Part shown: positions 26,934 to 37,967 of the stretch, one piece after another
Position numbering within the stretch: position 1 is the stretch's first letter
Layout of the letters: each line of letters starts with the position of its first letter
NCBI GenBank assembly: GCA_001804415.1
Contig: MHGA01000041.1
Span: 1-59,925 of the forward strand
Source: Candidatus Aquivivens invisus
GTDB taxonomy: Bacteria > Omnitrophota > Gorgyraeia > Aquiviventales > Aquiviventaceae
DNA length: 59,925 nucleotides
Direction: 5' to 3'
Notes under the pieces: model-generated
The model's input: the letters and a program-made list of their open reading frames with translations, nothing else
What the model was told of the DNA's origin: nothing
The model's database searches: none
Translations under genes and position numbers: made by a program

Positions 26934-27788
26934 TTAATCGAACTCCGCGAAGATTTCTTCGAGCCGTGGGGGGCTTGAGGCTTGCGCCGATTTGATGATG
27001 TTAGCGACCCCTTCCTCAAACGTCGGCTGCCGGACCTGATAGAACACGCCGAGGTAGGTCTTGTCCGTCTGCAGCGCCAACTCAAACGCCTTCACGCGAT
27101 TCGTCACGTCGTGGTCTTTGGGCAGCTCCCCCAGCCTCGCCGGCATCATCTTGTAGGTGTTGTAGAACGTGATGCAGGGGCTGATCACGTTGACGAACGC
27201 AAACCCCTTGTGCTCCATCGCCTTCGTGATGAGGTCCGAGAGCTCGCGGGGCTTACCGGAATAGCCTTGGCCGACGAAGGTGGCGCCATAGGCGATGAGC
27301 ATTGCCAGCGGATTGATCGGCTGCTCGATGTTTCCATAGGGGGTGGAGCCGGCTTGAAATCCGACGGGCGAGGTGGGTGAGTACTGGCCTTTCGTCAGCC
27401 CGTAGGTCGAGTTGTCCATGACGAGGTAGGTGAAGCCGGGGTTGCGGCGGGCCGCGTGGGGAATGTGGCCGCCGCCGATGGCAAAGCCATCCCCGTCTCC
27501 GCCGACGCCGATCACATGCAGCGACGGATTCGCGAGCTTCACCCCCAGCGCGACGGGCAGCACGCGCCCGTGGACGCTGTGGAACCCGTACGACTTGATG
27601 AAGCCCGGCGTGCGGCCTGAGCAACCGATACCGGAGACCACCACGAGATCCTTCGGGTTGATCTTCAGGCCCGCGAGGGAGTTGTAGAGCGACGACAGGA
27701 CCCCGAAGTCGCCACACCCGGGGCACCAAATGGGGTGTTCGTCGGTCTTATAACTTTGGGGCAAGATCTCGACGTCGGCTGTGGACAT
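26934..27788 (-). CDS. korB: 2-oxoacid:ferredoxin oxidoreductase beta subunit (copy 1)
   Basis: WCPGCGDF, SGIGCSG, GGDGD TPP motif and YGLTKGQ. Confidence 0.92.
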   Translation of the reverse strand: MSTADVEILPQSYKTDEHPIWCPGCGDFGVLSSLYNSLAGLKINPKDLVVVSGIGCSGRTPGFIKSYGFHSVHGRVLPVALGVKLANPSLHVIGVGGDGDGFAIGGGHIPHAARRNPGFTYLVMDNSTYGLTKGQYSPTSPVGFQAGSTPYGNIEQPINPLAMLIAYGATFVGQGYSGKPRELSDLITKAMEHKGFAFVNVISPCITFYNTYKMMPARLGELPKDHDVTNRVKAFELALQTDKTYLGVFYQVRQPTFEEGVANIIKSAQASSPPRLEEIFAEFD

Positions 27789-29505
27789 GGTTGGCCGCCT
27801 CCTCAATCTTGTCGAAAATCTCTTTGGGCGTGAAGGGCAACCCCACGCACTTGTTCAATTGGATGAAGTCATACGCAAACCGCTTGCGCAGCAGGGTGGC
27901 GAACTGCCCGGTGAAATTGACTTCTGGAATGATGACCGCCTTCGTGCCGTTGATGAACTCCGTGAGTTTCGCCAGCGGCTGCGGGTAGAGGATTTTCGTG
28001 TGCAGCGCGCCGACGGAATACCCTTGGTCCTGCGCCATCTGTACCGCTTCGCGGATCACCCCTTCGGTGGATCCCCAGCCGATGACGCCGATCTCCGGAT
28101 GGGCCTCCCCGTAGAAGCGCACCAGCTCGTTGGCGATCGACTCCACAGCATGGAACTTGCCGTAGCGCTTCTGCGTCAGGCGCAGATGATTCTCGTGGTC
28201 CGACGCGGCGGGGTAGCCGATCTCGGTATGTTCCAGCCCTTCGGCGACGTACCCGCCGCCTTCCATCCCAGGGGCTGACATCGGAGAGATGTGATCGGGG
28301 GTAAAGCGGTAGCGCTGGTAGCCTCTGAGTTCCTCCGTGGTGGGCTTGCGACGCTCCACGAGGGGAACCGTGGAGGGGTCGGGAACCGGCACGGTCGCTT
28401 TCCGATGGCCCAGGTATTGGTCGGAGAGCACGATGACCGGCATCTGGAACTGTTCCGCCAGATTGAACGCCCGCATGATCCCGTAGAAACAATCCTCGAC
28501 GCTAGTGAGCGCCATCACGATCCTCGGGCAGTTGCCGTGCCCTCCGTAGACGGCGAGATAGAGGTCGCCCTGCTCGGTCTTCGTTGGCATCCCGGTGGAG
28601 GGGCCGACGCGCTGGACATCGACGATGACGGCGGGAAGTTCAGCGACCACGGCCAATCCGATCATCTCGGTCATCAGGGAGTAGCCGGGACCCGAGGTGG
28701 CCGTCATGGCTTTCTTGCCTGCGTAGGAAGCCCCGAGCACCACCCCGACCGCCGAAATCTCGTCTTCGGTTTGCACGACATAGCCTCCGATCTTCGGCAG
28801 CTCCTTGGCGAGAAACTCCATGATGTCGGTGGCCGGCGTGATCGGATAGCCGGCGTAGATACGGCAGCCGGCCGCAATCGCCCCCAACCCCAGCGACTCG
28901 TTCCCGGAGAGCACCAGCTCCTTCGTCTTGCGAGATCCTCGGCCCAGCCGGATGTCGTCGCGCTTGGGCTGCTGCACGGCGTAGTCGGCTCCGACGCGCA
29001 GCGCCAACAGGTTTTTCTGCACGATCGCCTCGCCCTTGCGGGCGAAACGCTCCTTGAGGAGGTCCTCAAAGACCTCAAACGAAATGTCAAACAACCGGCT
29101 CAACACCCCCAGCGCCACGATGTTCTTCGTCAGCTTGACGCCCACCTTCTCCGTCGCCAGGGAGGTCATCGGAATGCCGTAGTGAATGACGGCGCCATTC
29201 GCCGGTGGGGTGAAACTATCGGCATCGTAGACCAGCGCCCCGCCGGAACGAACGTCCTGCGCATGCTTCTGGTACGCCTCTTCGTTAAAGGCGACCAGCA
29301 CATCCACCGCCGCCCCCTGCGAAAGGAGCAGTGCATTGGAGGCCCGCACCTGATAGTTTGCGTGTCCTCCTTTGATCTCTGCCGGGTACGTCCGGAAGGT
29401 GTAGATCTCAAAGCCGGCTCGAGCCAACGTCAAGGTCAACAGCTCCCCGGTGCTGATGACCCCTTCCCCACCTTCCCCACCGACGCGAAAGACGTAATCC
29501 GTCAT
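27748..29505 (-). CDS. korA: 2-oxoacid:ferredoxin oxidoreductase alpha subunit, gamma-alpha fusion (copy 1)
   Basis: GGEGGEGV, AEIKGG, YPITP and GPSTGMPTK motifs. Confidence 0.92.
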   Translation of the reverse strand: MTDYVFRVGGEGGEGVISTGELLTLTLARAGFEIYTFRTYPAEIKGGHANYQVRASNALLLSQGAAVDVLVAFNEEAYQKHAQDVRSGGALVYDADSFTPPANGAVIHYGIPMTSLATEKVGVKLTKNIVALGVLSRLFDISFEVFEDLLKERFARKGEAIVQKNLLALRVGADYAVQQPKRDDIRLGRGSRKTKELVLSGNESLGLGAIAAGCRIYAGYPITPATDIMEFLAKELPKIGGYVVQTEDEISAVGVVLGASYAGKKAMTATSGPGYSLMTEMIGLAVVAELPAVIVDVQRVGPSTGMPTKTEQGDLYLAVYGGHGNCPRIVMALTSVEDCFYGIMRAFNLAEQFQMPVIVLSDQYLGHRKATVPVPDPSTVPLVERRKPTTEELRGYQRYRFTPDHISPMSAPGMEGGGYVAEGLEHTEIGYPAASDHENHLRLTQKRYGKFHAVESIANELVRFYGEAHPEIGVIGWGSTEGVIREAVQMAQDQGYSVGALHTKILYPQPLAKLTEFINGTKAVIIPEVNFTGQFATLLRKRFAYDFIQLNKCVGLPFTPKEIFDKIEEAANHVHSRRRDLAPKL

Positions 29506-29506
29506 C

Positions 29507-30487
29507 TTAAAGTTTCACCGCATCCTGAGGCCTCGACGAGACCGTGTCCCGTGGCATCGACCACGCCCGCCCATTGACAAAAAACTCCAGCGCGCCCTCG
29601 GGCAACTTTTCCTCCTTGGTGTGTTGCACGATCAAGGAGACCGCCGGATCCCGCACCTCTTCGCTCCACGGTCCCACCACGAGGGCGGACGGCCCCGCGA
29701 ACCTCGGCCGGAGGCACGCATACCCTTCCTGCGCATGGCCCTCCAGCAGCAGGTTTTCCAGCTCATTACGCCCGATGATGATTTTGGTCGTCGGGCCGAT
29801 GCGGAAATGCCGTCCGAGGGCCAGGAGCTCCATGTCTTTGGTCGTCGGGCGCTCGTCATGCGCAAAGAGATCCTTCGCCTTCTTGGCGAAATGCTCATCG
29901 GTGAGCTGGCAGCCTCCCGCCGCTTGGGAGTACTCGGTCATCCCCCGCTCGCTGGCCAGGGCCAGCTGTTCGTGACGGGACCGGCCGGAGACGCGCAGCA
30001 GGCGGCTGCGATCCACCACCCCCAGGAGCTCCGGCAACGTCGGGTCCAAGAGGTGGGCGGAGAGCGGCCGCAGCAGCAACCCTTCCAGCCCGCTCTCGGC
30101 TTCGATCAGATCCAGCGGCCGGCGCCGTTGGGACATCGGCCGCTGCCCGAGCACCTCGCCCGTGACGACGAATCCGGCGCCGATTTCCTCCAGATAGCAC
30201 TTCGCCAAGCGGAACATGTAGATGCGGCAATCGACGCACGGATTCATCCCCGCGCCATAGCCGTACTTCGGGTGACGAATGACCTCGAGGTAGGCCTCTC
30301 CAACGTTTAAGACCATCAGCGGGACGCCCAGCTGATGAGCCGCCGCCACCGCTTTCTGTTTGTCGCAGCAGCCCCAGCTGAGCGAGAGGTAGAGACCGCT
30401 CACCTCGATGCCTTGCTCGAGCATCAAGCGGGCTGCCAGGGCGCTGTCCAGCCCGCCCGAGATGAGCGCCACGCACTTGCGTTCCAT
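29507..30487 (-). CDS. PP-loop ThiI/MnmA-like tRNA sulfurtransferase family protein
   Basis: SGGLDS PP-loop, NPCVDCR, TGEVLGQRPMSQ and AGGC motifs. Confidence 0.8.
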   Translation of the reverse strand: MERKCVALISGGLDSALAARLMLEQGIEVSGLYLSLSWGCCDKQKAVAAAHQLGVPLMVLNVGEAYLEVIRHPKYGYGAGMNPCVDCRIYMFRLAKCYLEEIGAGFVVTGEVLGQRPMSQRRRPLDLIEAESGLEGLLLRPLSAHLLDPTLPELLGVVDRSRLLRVSGRSRHEQLALASERGMTEYSQAAGGCQLTDEHFAKKAKDLFAHDERPTTKDMELLALGRHFRIGPTTKIIIGRNELENLLLEGHAQEGYACLRPRFAGPSALVVGPWSEEVRDPAVSLIVQHTKEEKLPEGALEFFVNGRAWSMPRDTVSSRPQDAVKL

Positions 30488-30497
30488 GAACATCAAA

Positions 30498-30580
30498 ACG
30501 TTTGCGCGTTTGCGCGTTGTCGCGTTCGCGCGTTGACTCTTCAACGCGCCAACCCGCTAACCCGCAAACGCGGCAACCCC
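30498..30580. repeat. Inverted octamer arrays (GCGCGTTT-like / AACCCGCN)
   Basis: cgtttgcg cgtttgcg cgttgtcg cgttcgcg cgttga ... tcaacgcgcc aacccgct aacccgca aacgcggc. Confidence 0.8.
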
Positions 30581-30581
30581 G

Positions 30582-30887
30582 TTACACGGACACGAGGATC
30601 TCGTCGCCTTCGACGGTGATCGGAAACGCCTGAACTGACACCGAGGGGTCAAACGCGCACGTCCCGTTCGCCACGTCGTATTCCCACCCGTGCCAGGGAC
30701 AGGTGACGGTCGTGCCGGAGAGGCTGCCTTCCCCGAGCGGCCCGCCGCGGTGCTTACACGTATTGTCAATCGCGTAGAACGTGCCGTCGACGTTGAAGAC
30801 CGCCAGGGTCCTGCCCCCCGCCTCGATCACCTTACCCGTGCCGGCAGGGATTTCGCTCACCTTCGCCACTCGTGTTCCCTGTGCCAT
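30582..30887 (-). CDS. Rieske [2Fe-2S] ferredoxin
   Basis: CKHRGG and CPWHGW ligand motifs. Confidence 0.92.
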   Translation of the reverse strand: MAQGTRVAKVSEIPAGTGKVIEAGGRTLAVFNVDGTFYAIDNTCKHRGGPLGEGSLSGTTVTCPWHGWEYDVANGTCAFDPSVSVQAFPITVEGDEILVSV

Positions 30888-30898
30888 TGCCTCCCCCT

Positions 30899-30929
30899 GC
30901 TTGTCGCGTGTCGCCTGTCACTTGTCACG
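30899..30929. repeat. Heptamer tandem array (CTTGTCR-like)
   Basis: cttgtcg cgtgtcg cctgtca cttgtca. Confidence 0.7.
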
Positions 30930-30932
30930 CTC

Positions 30933-31793
30933 TTAAATGAAATCCTCCATAATCGCGGCCAGGTCGTTGCGATGCAACGGCTGCTTCACCAGAGGCGTGC
31001 CGCTGCGCAGGGCGGGCTCTTCATCTTCATAGGTCGGACGCTCGACTTTGTAGAACACGCCGATCGGGATGCGCGCCCCCCACTCAAAGGCCTTTTCAAG
31101 GCCCAAGCGGAAATCCGAGGTATCGTGGCGCTCGTCTTCCAACTTGTAGACCCGTTCGCGGAACCACGGGTAGGTGTTGTGCTTGTTGTACGTCACGCAC
31201 GGCGAGAAGACATCGACCAGCGCGAACCCCTTGTGCTCAATCGCGCCTTTCATGAGCTGGGCCAAATGCAGATTCTCCCCGGAGAAGCCGCGCGCGACGT
31301 AGGTCGCCCCGCATGTCAGCGCCAGCGCGACGGGATTCAGCGCCAGCTCAATCGTCCCTTCCGGGGTGGATTTGGTGCGGATATCTTTTTCCGTCGTGGG
31401 GGACGCCTGCCCGGTCGTGAGCCCGTAAATCTGGTTGTCCATGACGATGTACGTCATGTCGACGTTGCGGCGGCAGGTGTGCACGAAGTGCCCCACGCCG
31501 ATGCCGTAGCCATCGCCGTCTCCGCCCGTCGCGATCACCGTCAGGGCGTGGTTGCCCAACTTCGCCCCCGTCGCCACGGGCAGGGAGCGGCCATGCAGCC
31601 CGTGAAAGCCATAGGCGTTGAGAAAGCCGGGGAGGTTCGATGAGCACCCGATGCCCGACACCACCTGAACCTGATGGGGCGGGATCTCCAACTCAGCCAG
31701 GGCCCGTTGGAGCGAGTTGAGCACGCCGAAATCCCCGCATCCCGGGCACCAATCCGGCTTGATCTTCCCGATGTATTCTTTCACCTGCGCCAT
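30933..31793 (-). CDS. korB: 2-oxoacid:ferredoxin oxidoreductase beta subunit (copy 2)
   Basis: WCPGCGDF, SGIGCSS, GGDGDG and YGLTTGQ motifs. Confidence 0.92.
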   Translation of the reverse strand: MAQVKEYIGKIKPDWCPGCGDFGVLNSLQRALAELEIPPHQVQVVSGIGCSSNLPGFLNAYGFHGLHGRSLPVATGAKLGNHALTVIATGGDGDGYGIGVGHFVHTCRRNVDMTYIVMDNQIYGLTTGQASPTTEKDIRTKSTPEGTIELALNPVALALTCGATYVARGFSGENLHLAQLMKGAIEHKGFALVDVFSPCVTYNKHNTYPWFRERVYKLEDERHDTSDFRLGLEKAFEWGARIPIGVFYKVERPTYEDEEPALRSGTPLVKQPLHRNDLAAIMEDFI

Positions 31794-31818
31794 GCCCTAC
31801 CTCCGGAACTCCCCCGTG

Positions 31819-31888
31819 GTGACAAGGGACAAGGGACAAGCGACAAGTTGAAGAACGCGCTTGTCGCATGCCGCTTGTCGCATGTCGC
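31819..31888. repeat. Inverted heptamer arrays (GACAAGS)n / (CWTGTCG)n
   Basis: gacaagg gacaagg gacaagc gacaag ... cttgtcg catgccg cttgtcg catgtcg. Confidence 0.85.
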
Positions 31889-31893
31889 TGCTC

Positions 31894-33735
31894 TCAGTGC
31901 TGCCTCGCGGCTTCCGCTCCGATCGCCGGATTCTCAACGGGCGAGAAGTCCGGCGGGAGGCCTTCATCGCTGACCACGCTGACCGTCACCGACTCGGCCG
32001 GTTTGGTCTTCAGGATGGTCCGCGCCTGATCCACAACCTGCTTGAGCTCAAACGGTTCCCCATCGTATTTGCGAAGGTGGTGCTGGATGCTGATGCCGGT
32101 TTCCATCCGGATGAGCTTCACGAGCTGGCCCGTGTAGTTCGCCTCGACCGACATCGTCATGGTGCAGCGCTCAAGCAGCCCACGCACCTCCTGCGTCTGG
32201 AACGGCCAGAGATATCGCAGGCATAGCACGTTGACGTTCAACCCCTCCTTGTGCAACGCCTCCATCGCCTCCAGCATGACCTGGTAGGTCGAGCCCCAGC
32301 CCACCAGCGTCAAGTCCGCGTGGGCCGGGCCGTCGAGCTGCGGCTTCGGAAACTCCTTGAGGAGGAAGCCGATCTTGCGCATGCGCTTGTCCATCATCTT
32401 CACGCGGATGGCGGGGTTCGTGTAGACGTCGCTGATGACGATCCCGTCCTCGTCATGTTCATCCGTCGCCGCCGTGAAGATGGTCCCCTGGGTCCCTGGC
32501 AGCGCCCGCGGCGAGACGCCTGTCGGCGTGTCCGCAAACCGTCGATACGCGCCGTTGGCCTGTGTCACGATGGGCCCGCGCTCGATGGGGATGCGATTCA
32601 GGTCGACCCCCTCAAACGTCTCCAGCCGTTCAGCCAGATACAGGTCCGTGGCGATCATCACGGGGCATTGGTATTGCTCGGCGAGATTGAAGGCCTGGAT
32701 GGCCATGTCGTAGCACTCTTGGAGGGTGCGGGGGGCCAGGATCACCTTGGGGAATTCCCCTTGCGAGGCGCCGAGGAGCTGGAACAAATCGCCCTGCTCG
32801 CTTTTGGTCGGCAGCCCGGTCGAGGGTCCTCCCCGTTGGGCTTCGACAATGACCACTGGCGTCTCGGTCATGGCCGCCTCCCCGACCGCCTCGGTCATCA
32901 GGGCAAAGCCTCCGCCCGAGGTCCCGGTCATGGCGCGCACCCCGACATGTCCCGCGCCGATGGCCATGTTGAGCGAGGCGATCTCATCCTCGCACTGCTT
33001 AACCAACAGCCCGGTCTTCGCGGCGTATGTGACGAGCCAGTGCAGCAGGGAGGAGGCCGGGGTCATGGGATACGCGGAATAGAAGCGGCAGCCGGCCGCG
33101 AGCGCCCCGAAGCCGATCATCGGGTTGCCGCCCGCCAAGGGCCGCCGTTTGCCGTCGCCTGAGCCGATGCGAATGCCACCCGGCGTGAAGTGCGACCGGG
33201 CATGCCCCATCCCTTTGTCAAAGGCCTCGAGGTTGGTGGTGATGACCGCCTCGCCTTTCTTGAGGAAGCGTTCCTTGATGAGCTCTCGTATCGCCTGGGG
33301 ATCCAACCCGAGGACTTGCATCAACGCCCCCATCAGCGCGGTGTTTTGCATCTGCTGGTTGCCGATGAGCTCCATCACCGGCAGGCCGATGAGCTGCACG
33401 TCCTTCTTCAGTCCCTCGCCGGTCGCCTTGAATTTATCGGTGTTATAGAAAACTGCGCCGCCTTCCATCACCCGTTTCGCGTAGCGAGCGAAGGTGTCCT
33501 GATTCAAGGCGACGAGATAGTCGAGCTCATCCCCCTGGGTGAGGACTTTGTGCGTGCCGATGCGGATGTGCATGCACACATGCCCGCCTCGGATCACCGA
33601 CTGGTAGCTGTTGTGCGCGAAGACGTGATAGCCGGATCGCGAGCAGGCCTTCGCGAACGATTCGCCAGCTGAGGCGATCCCGTCTCCCGCCGCCCCGCCG
33701 ATCCACACGGTCAGTTCAGTCTGGGTGTGTGGCAT
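31894..33735 (-). CDS. korA: 2-oxoacid:ferredoxin oxidoreductase alpha subunit (copy 2)
   Basis: GGAAGDGI, IRGG, YPMTP and GPSTGLPTK motifs. Confidence 0.92.
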   Translation of the reverse strand: MPHTQTELTVWIGGAAGDGIASAGESFAKACSRSGYHVFAHNSYQSVIRGGHVCMHIRIGTHKVLTQGDELDYLVALNQDTFARYAKRVMEGGAVFYNTDKFKATGEGLKKDVQLIGLPVMELIGNQQMQNTALMGALMQVLGLDPQAIRELIKERFLKKGEAVITTNLEAFDKGMGHARSHFTPGGIRIGSGDGKRRPLAGGNPMIGFGALAAGCRFYSAYPMTPASSLLHWLVTYAAKTGLLVKQCEDEIASLNMAIGAGHVGVRAMTGTSGGGFALMTEAVGEAAMTETPVVIVEAQRGGPSTGLPTKSEQGDLFQLLGASQGEFPKVILAPRTLQECYDMAIQAFNLAEQYQCPVMIATDLYLAERLETFEGVDLNRIPIERGPIVTQANGAYRRFADTPTGVSPRALPGTQGTIFTAATDEHDEDGIVISDVYTNPAIRVKMMDKRMRKIGFLLKEFPKPQLDGPAHADLTLVGWGSTYQVMLEAMEALHKEGLNVNVLCLRYLWPFQTQEVRGLLERCTMTMSVEANYTGQLVKLIRMETGISIQHHLRKYDGEPFELKQVVDQARTILKTKPAESVTVSVVSDEGLPPDFSPVENPAIGAEAARQH

Positions 33736-33759
33736 GTCACGTGTCGCTTGTCACGTCGT

Positions 33760-34692
33760 TCACACGGTTGCGGCAGCCCTGGCAGCCGAGACCCGGCCGC
33801 CGGCCTGCGTCAGCTTCGTGATCTTGCCCGCCATCTCCAGGGCTTCCCCGAATCGTCGCTGCCACATGTTCCGGCCGAAAATGAATCCGGTGACCCCGGC
33901 GTCCAACGCGACCCGCACGTCCTCCAGCAATTGCTCGTCGCTGCGCTTCGAGCCGCCGGACATGATGACCAGCGTCCGGCCCGCGGAGGCGACCACGTGC
34001 TCCAGCATCTCCTTGGGGGAGAGCTTCAGGTCGCGGTACTCTTTGGGGTAGAGCGGGCGTTTCTCCTCATCAACGTGGGGATAGTTCACTTTCACCACAT
34101 CCGCGCCCAGCTCCTGCGCGACCCGCGCCGCGTAGGCTACGGCATAGACACTATCGCGCCCGCCTTTTTGCTCCATGTACTTGCCGCGCGGGTAGGCCCA
34201 CATGATCAGCGGCATCCCGGCCTGTTCCGCTTCGCGGCGCACGCGGCCGAACTGGACGAAATCGTCGTCCTGACGGGGCGAGCCGATATAGCAGGTGTAG
34301 CCGACCGCCTCGGCGCCCAGGCGCACCGCCTCGTCCACCGTCGCGTGGCAGGGGGAAAACGCCTCATCATCCGGCGGGATCTCGGTTTTGCCGTTGAGCT
34401 TGAGGATCAAGGAGACTTTGCCCGCAAACGCCTTCAGGTACTTCTCCGCCAGGCCGATCTGGAAGGCGATGGCTGAAAAGCCGCCTTCCAGCGCCAGGCG
34501 CAACTCGAATTCCGGGTTGATGCTGTCCGGATTGACGAAGAAATCGCGCGGCCCGTGCTCCAACCCCTGGTCGATGGGCAACACGAGCATCCGGCCGCTG
34601 CCCGGCCCGCACTGATAGAGGAGGCGGTACAACCGGGTCTTCTTCCCCGTCGGCAGATCCAGATCATCGAACGTCACGCTTCGCTTAGGCAT
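33760..34692 (-). CDS. Class I (DhnA-type) fructose-bisphosphate aldolase
   Basis: LPIDQGLEHGP, WAYPRG, ELGADVVKVNYP (Schiff-base Lys) and IFGRN motifs. Confidence 0.9.
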   Translation of the reverse strand: MPKRSVTFDDLDLPTGKKTRLYRLLYQCGPGSGRMLVLPIDQGLEHGPRDFFVNPDSINPEFELRLALEGGFSAIAFQIGLAEKYLKAFAGKVSLILKLNGKTEIPPDDEAFSPCHATVDEAVRLGAEAVGYTCYIGSPRQDDDFVQFGRVRREAEQAGMPLIMWAYPRGKYMEQKGGRDSVYAVAYAARVAQELGADVVKVNYPHVDEEKRPLYPKEYRDLKLSPKEMLEHVVASAGRTLVIMSGGSKRSDEQLLEDVRVALDAGVTGFIFGRNMWQRRFGEALEMAGKITKLTQAGGRVSAARAAATV

Positions 34693-34744
34693 TGCTTCCC
34701 TCACTGGTGATGTGACCTGTTGACGCCGGGAGGAGGAACGCGCG

Positions 34745-34981
34745 CTAGAAACTGATGCCGGCTTCCTTCAGGAACTTCCGATCCTCGTCGGTAAGTTCGA
34801 AGTGAAGTTCCTGGCCGGCGGGCTTGCCGCCGATGATCGGCACCACGTAAATGGCCAATTGGACCTGCTCCTTCCGGAGGAGGTCGCGCAGCTCCTGAAA
34901 CTCCGGCGCCTTCGCCACGACCTTGCGAATCGTCCTGTTCAATCGTTTCAGGTGCTTGACCAAGCGCCTCTGCAAGTCCAT
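34745..34981 (-). CDS. Small hypothetical protein
   Basis: RBS-like GAGGG; C-terminal FELTDEDRKFLK..GISF pattern. Confidence 0.6.
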   Translation of the reverse strand: MDLQRRLVKHLKRLNRTIRKVVAKAPEFQELRDLLRKEQVQLAIYVVPIIGGKPAGQELHFELTDEDRKFLKEAGISF

Positions 34982-34999
34982 CGTCCCTCTCCTCTAAAT

Positions 35000-35026
35000 C
35001 AGTGACTCGTGATTAGTGACCAGTGA
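35000..35026. repeat. Heptamer tandem array (AGTGAYY-like)
   Basis: cagtgac tcgtgat tagtgac cagtga. Confidence 0.6.
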
Positions 35027-35047
35027 AAAGTTCGACGAGAACGCGTG

Positions 35048-36466
<1,419 letters not shown>

Positions 36467-37327
36467 CTACTCCAGGGCGGACAGCTGCTCAACCTGACGG
36501 GCGATCCACCGCGAGAGCTTAGGATTCGGCAGCAGGGCTTCCCCGTCATAGGCATAGGGCAAGCCGGAGAGGAGCTTCGGAATCTTCTGCTCGATCCCGC
36601 CCGAGGCGATCAACAGCGGCACCACCAGCGCGCGGCGCTGCTCGCCGGCCTGGCGGACCGCCTCGCGAAACCGCCGGCTCGCTTCCTCTTTAATAGGGGC
36701 CGGCGCATCATCGCGCAGCAACGCGCTCAGGACCTCGGCAAACGCGCCCCGGCTCTTGACCTCCTCGCCGAGGCGCCCCATCACCTCCAGCCAGCGCGAC
36801 GCTTCCTCATCGGACACCGGTCCATGCCCCACGAGGATGACCGTTTCCTCCGAAGGGGTGCGGCTTAAGCGCGCGGCGCGCTCCAGGAGCATCTCGGCGA
36901 CGAGGGCATCGTCATCCAACGCCTTGCCCATGACGACCGGCACCTTCACCTGCAGCGGTGCCACCTCGTTCCATTCCCCCACCGCCTGCACCCCGAAGAG
37001 ATAGGCATACTGACGGAAGACCTCGGAATGGGAGGACACAAGCAGCGGGATCACCACGAGCCGTTCAATGCCCCGGCGTTGCAACCGATTGACGGCGTCT
37101 TGAAAGGCCCGCCCTTCTGCTTGATGCATCCCCATCCCGAAGGCCACCTGCACCGGCACGTCCAAGCGGGCTTGGGCCACGGCCTTCCGCACGAGCCCGT
37201 CCCACCGGTTGTTGCCGCCGTGCGCCACGACAAGCACGCCGACGCGAGGCGGGCGAGAGGCCGGCTGTGCGAAGGTCGGAGGAGCGATGACCACCCAGGC
37301 GATCACGATGGCGAACAGGGGTCGCAT
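36467..37327 (-). CDS. CbiX/SirB-type chelatase-like protein with a signal peptide
   Basis: VLVVAHGG, VIPLLVSSHS and ILVGHG motifs; N-terminal signal sequence. Confidence 0.75.
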   Translation of the reverse strand: MRPLFAIVIAWVVIAPPTFAQPASRPPRVGVLVVAHGGNNRWDGLVRKAVAQARLDVPVQVAFGMGMHQAEGRAFQDAVNRLQRRGIERLVVIPLLVSSHSEVFRQYAYLFGVQAVGEWNEVAPLQVKVPVVMGKALDDDALVAEMLLERAARLSRTPSEETVILVGHGPVSDEEASRWLEVMGRLGEEVKSRGAFAEVLSALLRDDAPAPIKEEASRRFREAVRQAGEQRRALVVPLLIASGGIEQKIPKLLSGLPYAYDGEALLPNPKLSRWIARQVEQLSALE

Positions 37328-37337
37328 GCCGGCGGGG

Positions 37338-37952
37338 TTAGAACGACCTTGAGCGGATCAAGGTGAGGAACTCGGCGCGGGTTTTGTCGCTCGTGCGGAA
37401 GACCCCGAGCATGGCGCTGGTGACGGCGGTGGTGTTTTGCTTCTGGACGCCCCGCATCATCATGCACAGGTGGTAGGCTTCCATCACGCAGGCCACCCCG
37501 CGGGGTTTGAGATGCTCATTGATCGCCTCGGCGATTTGGGTCGTCAACCGCTCCTGCACTTGCAGCCGGCGGGCAAAGACCTCGACGAGCCGAGGGAGCT
37601 TGCTTAAGCCCACGATGTCGCGATCCGGCATGTACGCGATGTGACACTTCCCAAAAAACGGCAAGCAGTGATGCTCGCACAAGCTGTAGAAATCGATATC
37701 CTTCACGATGATCATCTCGTCGTGCTTCACCGTGAATCGTCGCTGCAGGACCTTTGCGGGGTCCATCCGATAGCCCGAGGTCAGGAATTGCAGCGACTGC
37801 TTCACGCGCAGCGGCGTGCGCCGCAACCCCTGCCGGTTGGGATCCTCGCCGATGAGCCGCAGCAACAGCCGCACCGTCGCCTCCCATTCCCGTCCGGTGG
37901 GAATCTCCAGCACCTGCTTCAGTTGCTTTAACTCATCCTCTGCGTTCGCCAT
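37338..37952 (-). CDS. folE: GTP cyclohydrolase I
   Basis: SLCEHH, GLSKL.R, RLQVQERLT and HLCMMMRGV motifs. Confidence 0.97.
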   Translation of the reverse strand: MANAEDELKQLKQVLEIPTGREWEATVRLLLRLIGEDPNRQGLRRTPLRVKQSLQFLTSGYRMDPAKVLQRRFTVKHDEMIIVKDIDFYSLCEHHCLPFFGKCHIAYMPDRDIVGLSKLPRLVEVFARRLQVQERLTTQIAEAINEHLKPRGVACVMEAYHLCMMMRGVQKQNTTAVTSAMLGVFRTSDKTRAEFLTLIRSRSF

Positions 37953-37967
37953 TTGATGCCCCTTAGA

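Noticed and set aside
27748-27788. 41-bp korA/korB overlap, and the 34-bp nucleotidyltransferase/metK overlap, as programmed frameshifts
   Set aside because: Both downstream genes have their own start and RBS-like sequence. Short C-terminal extensions are the simpler explanation.
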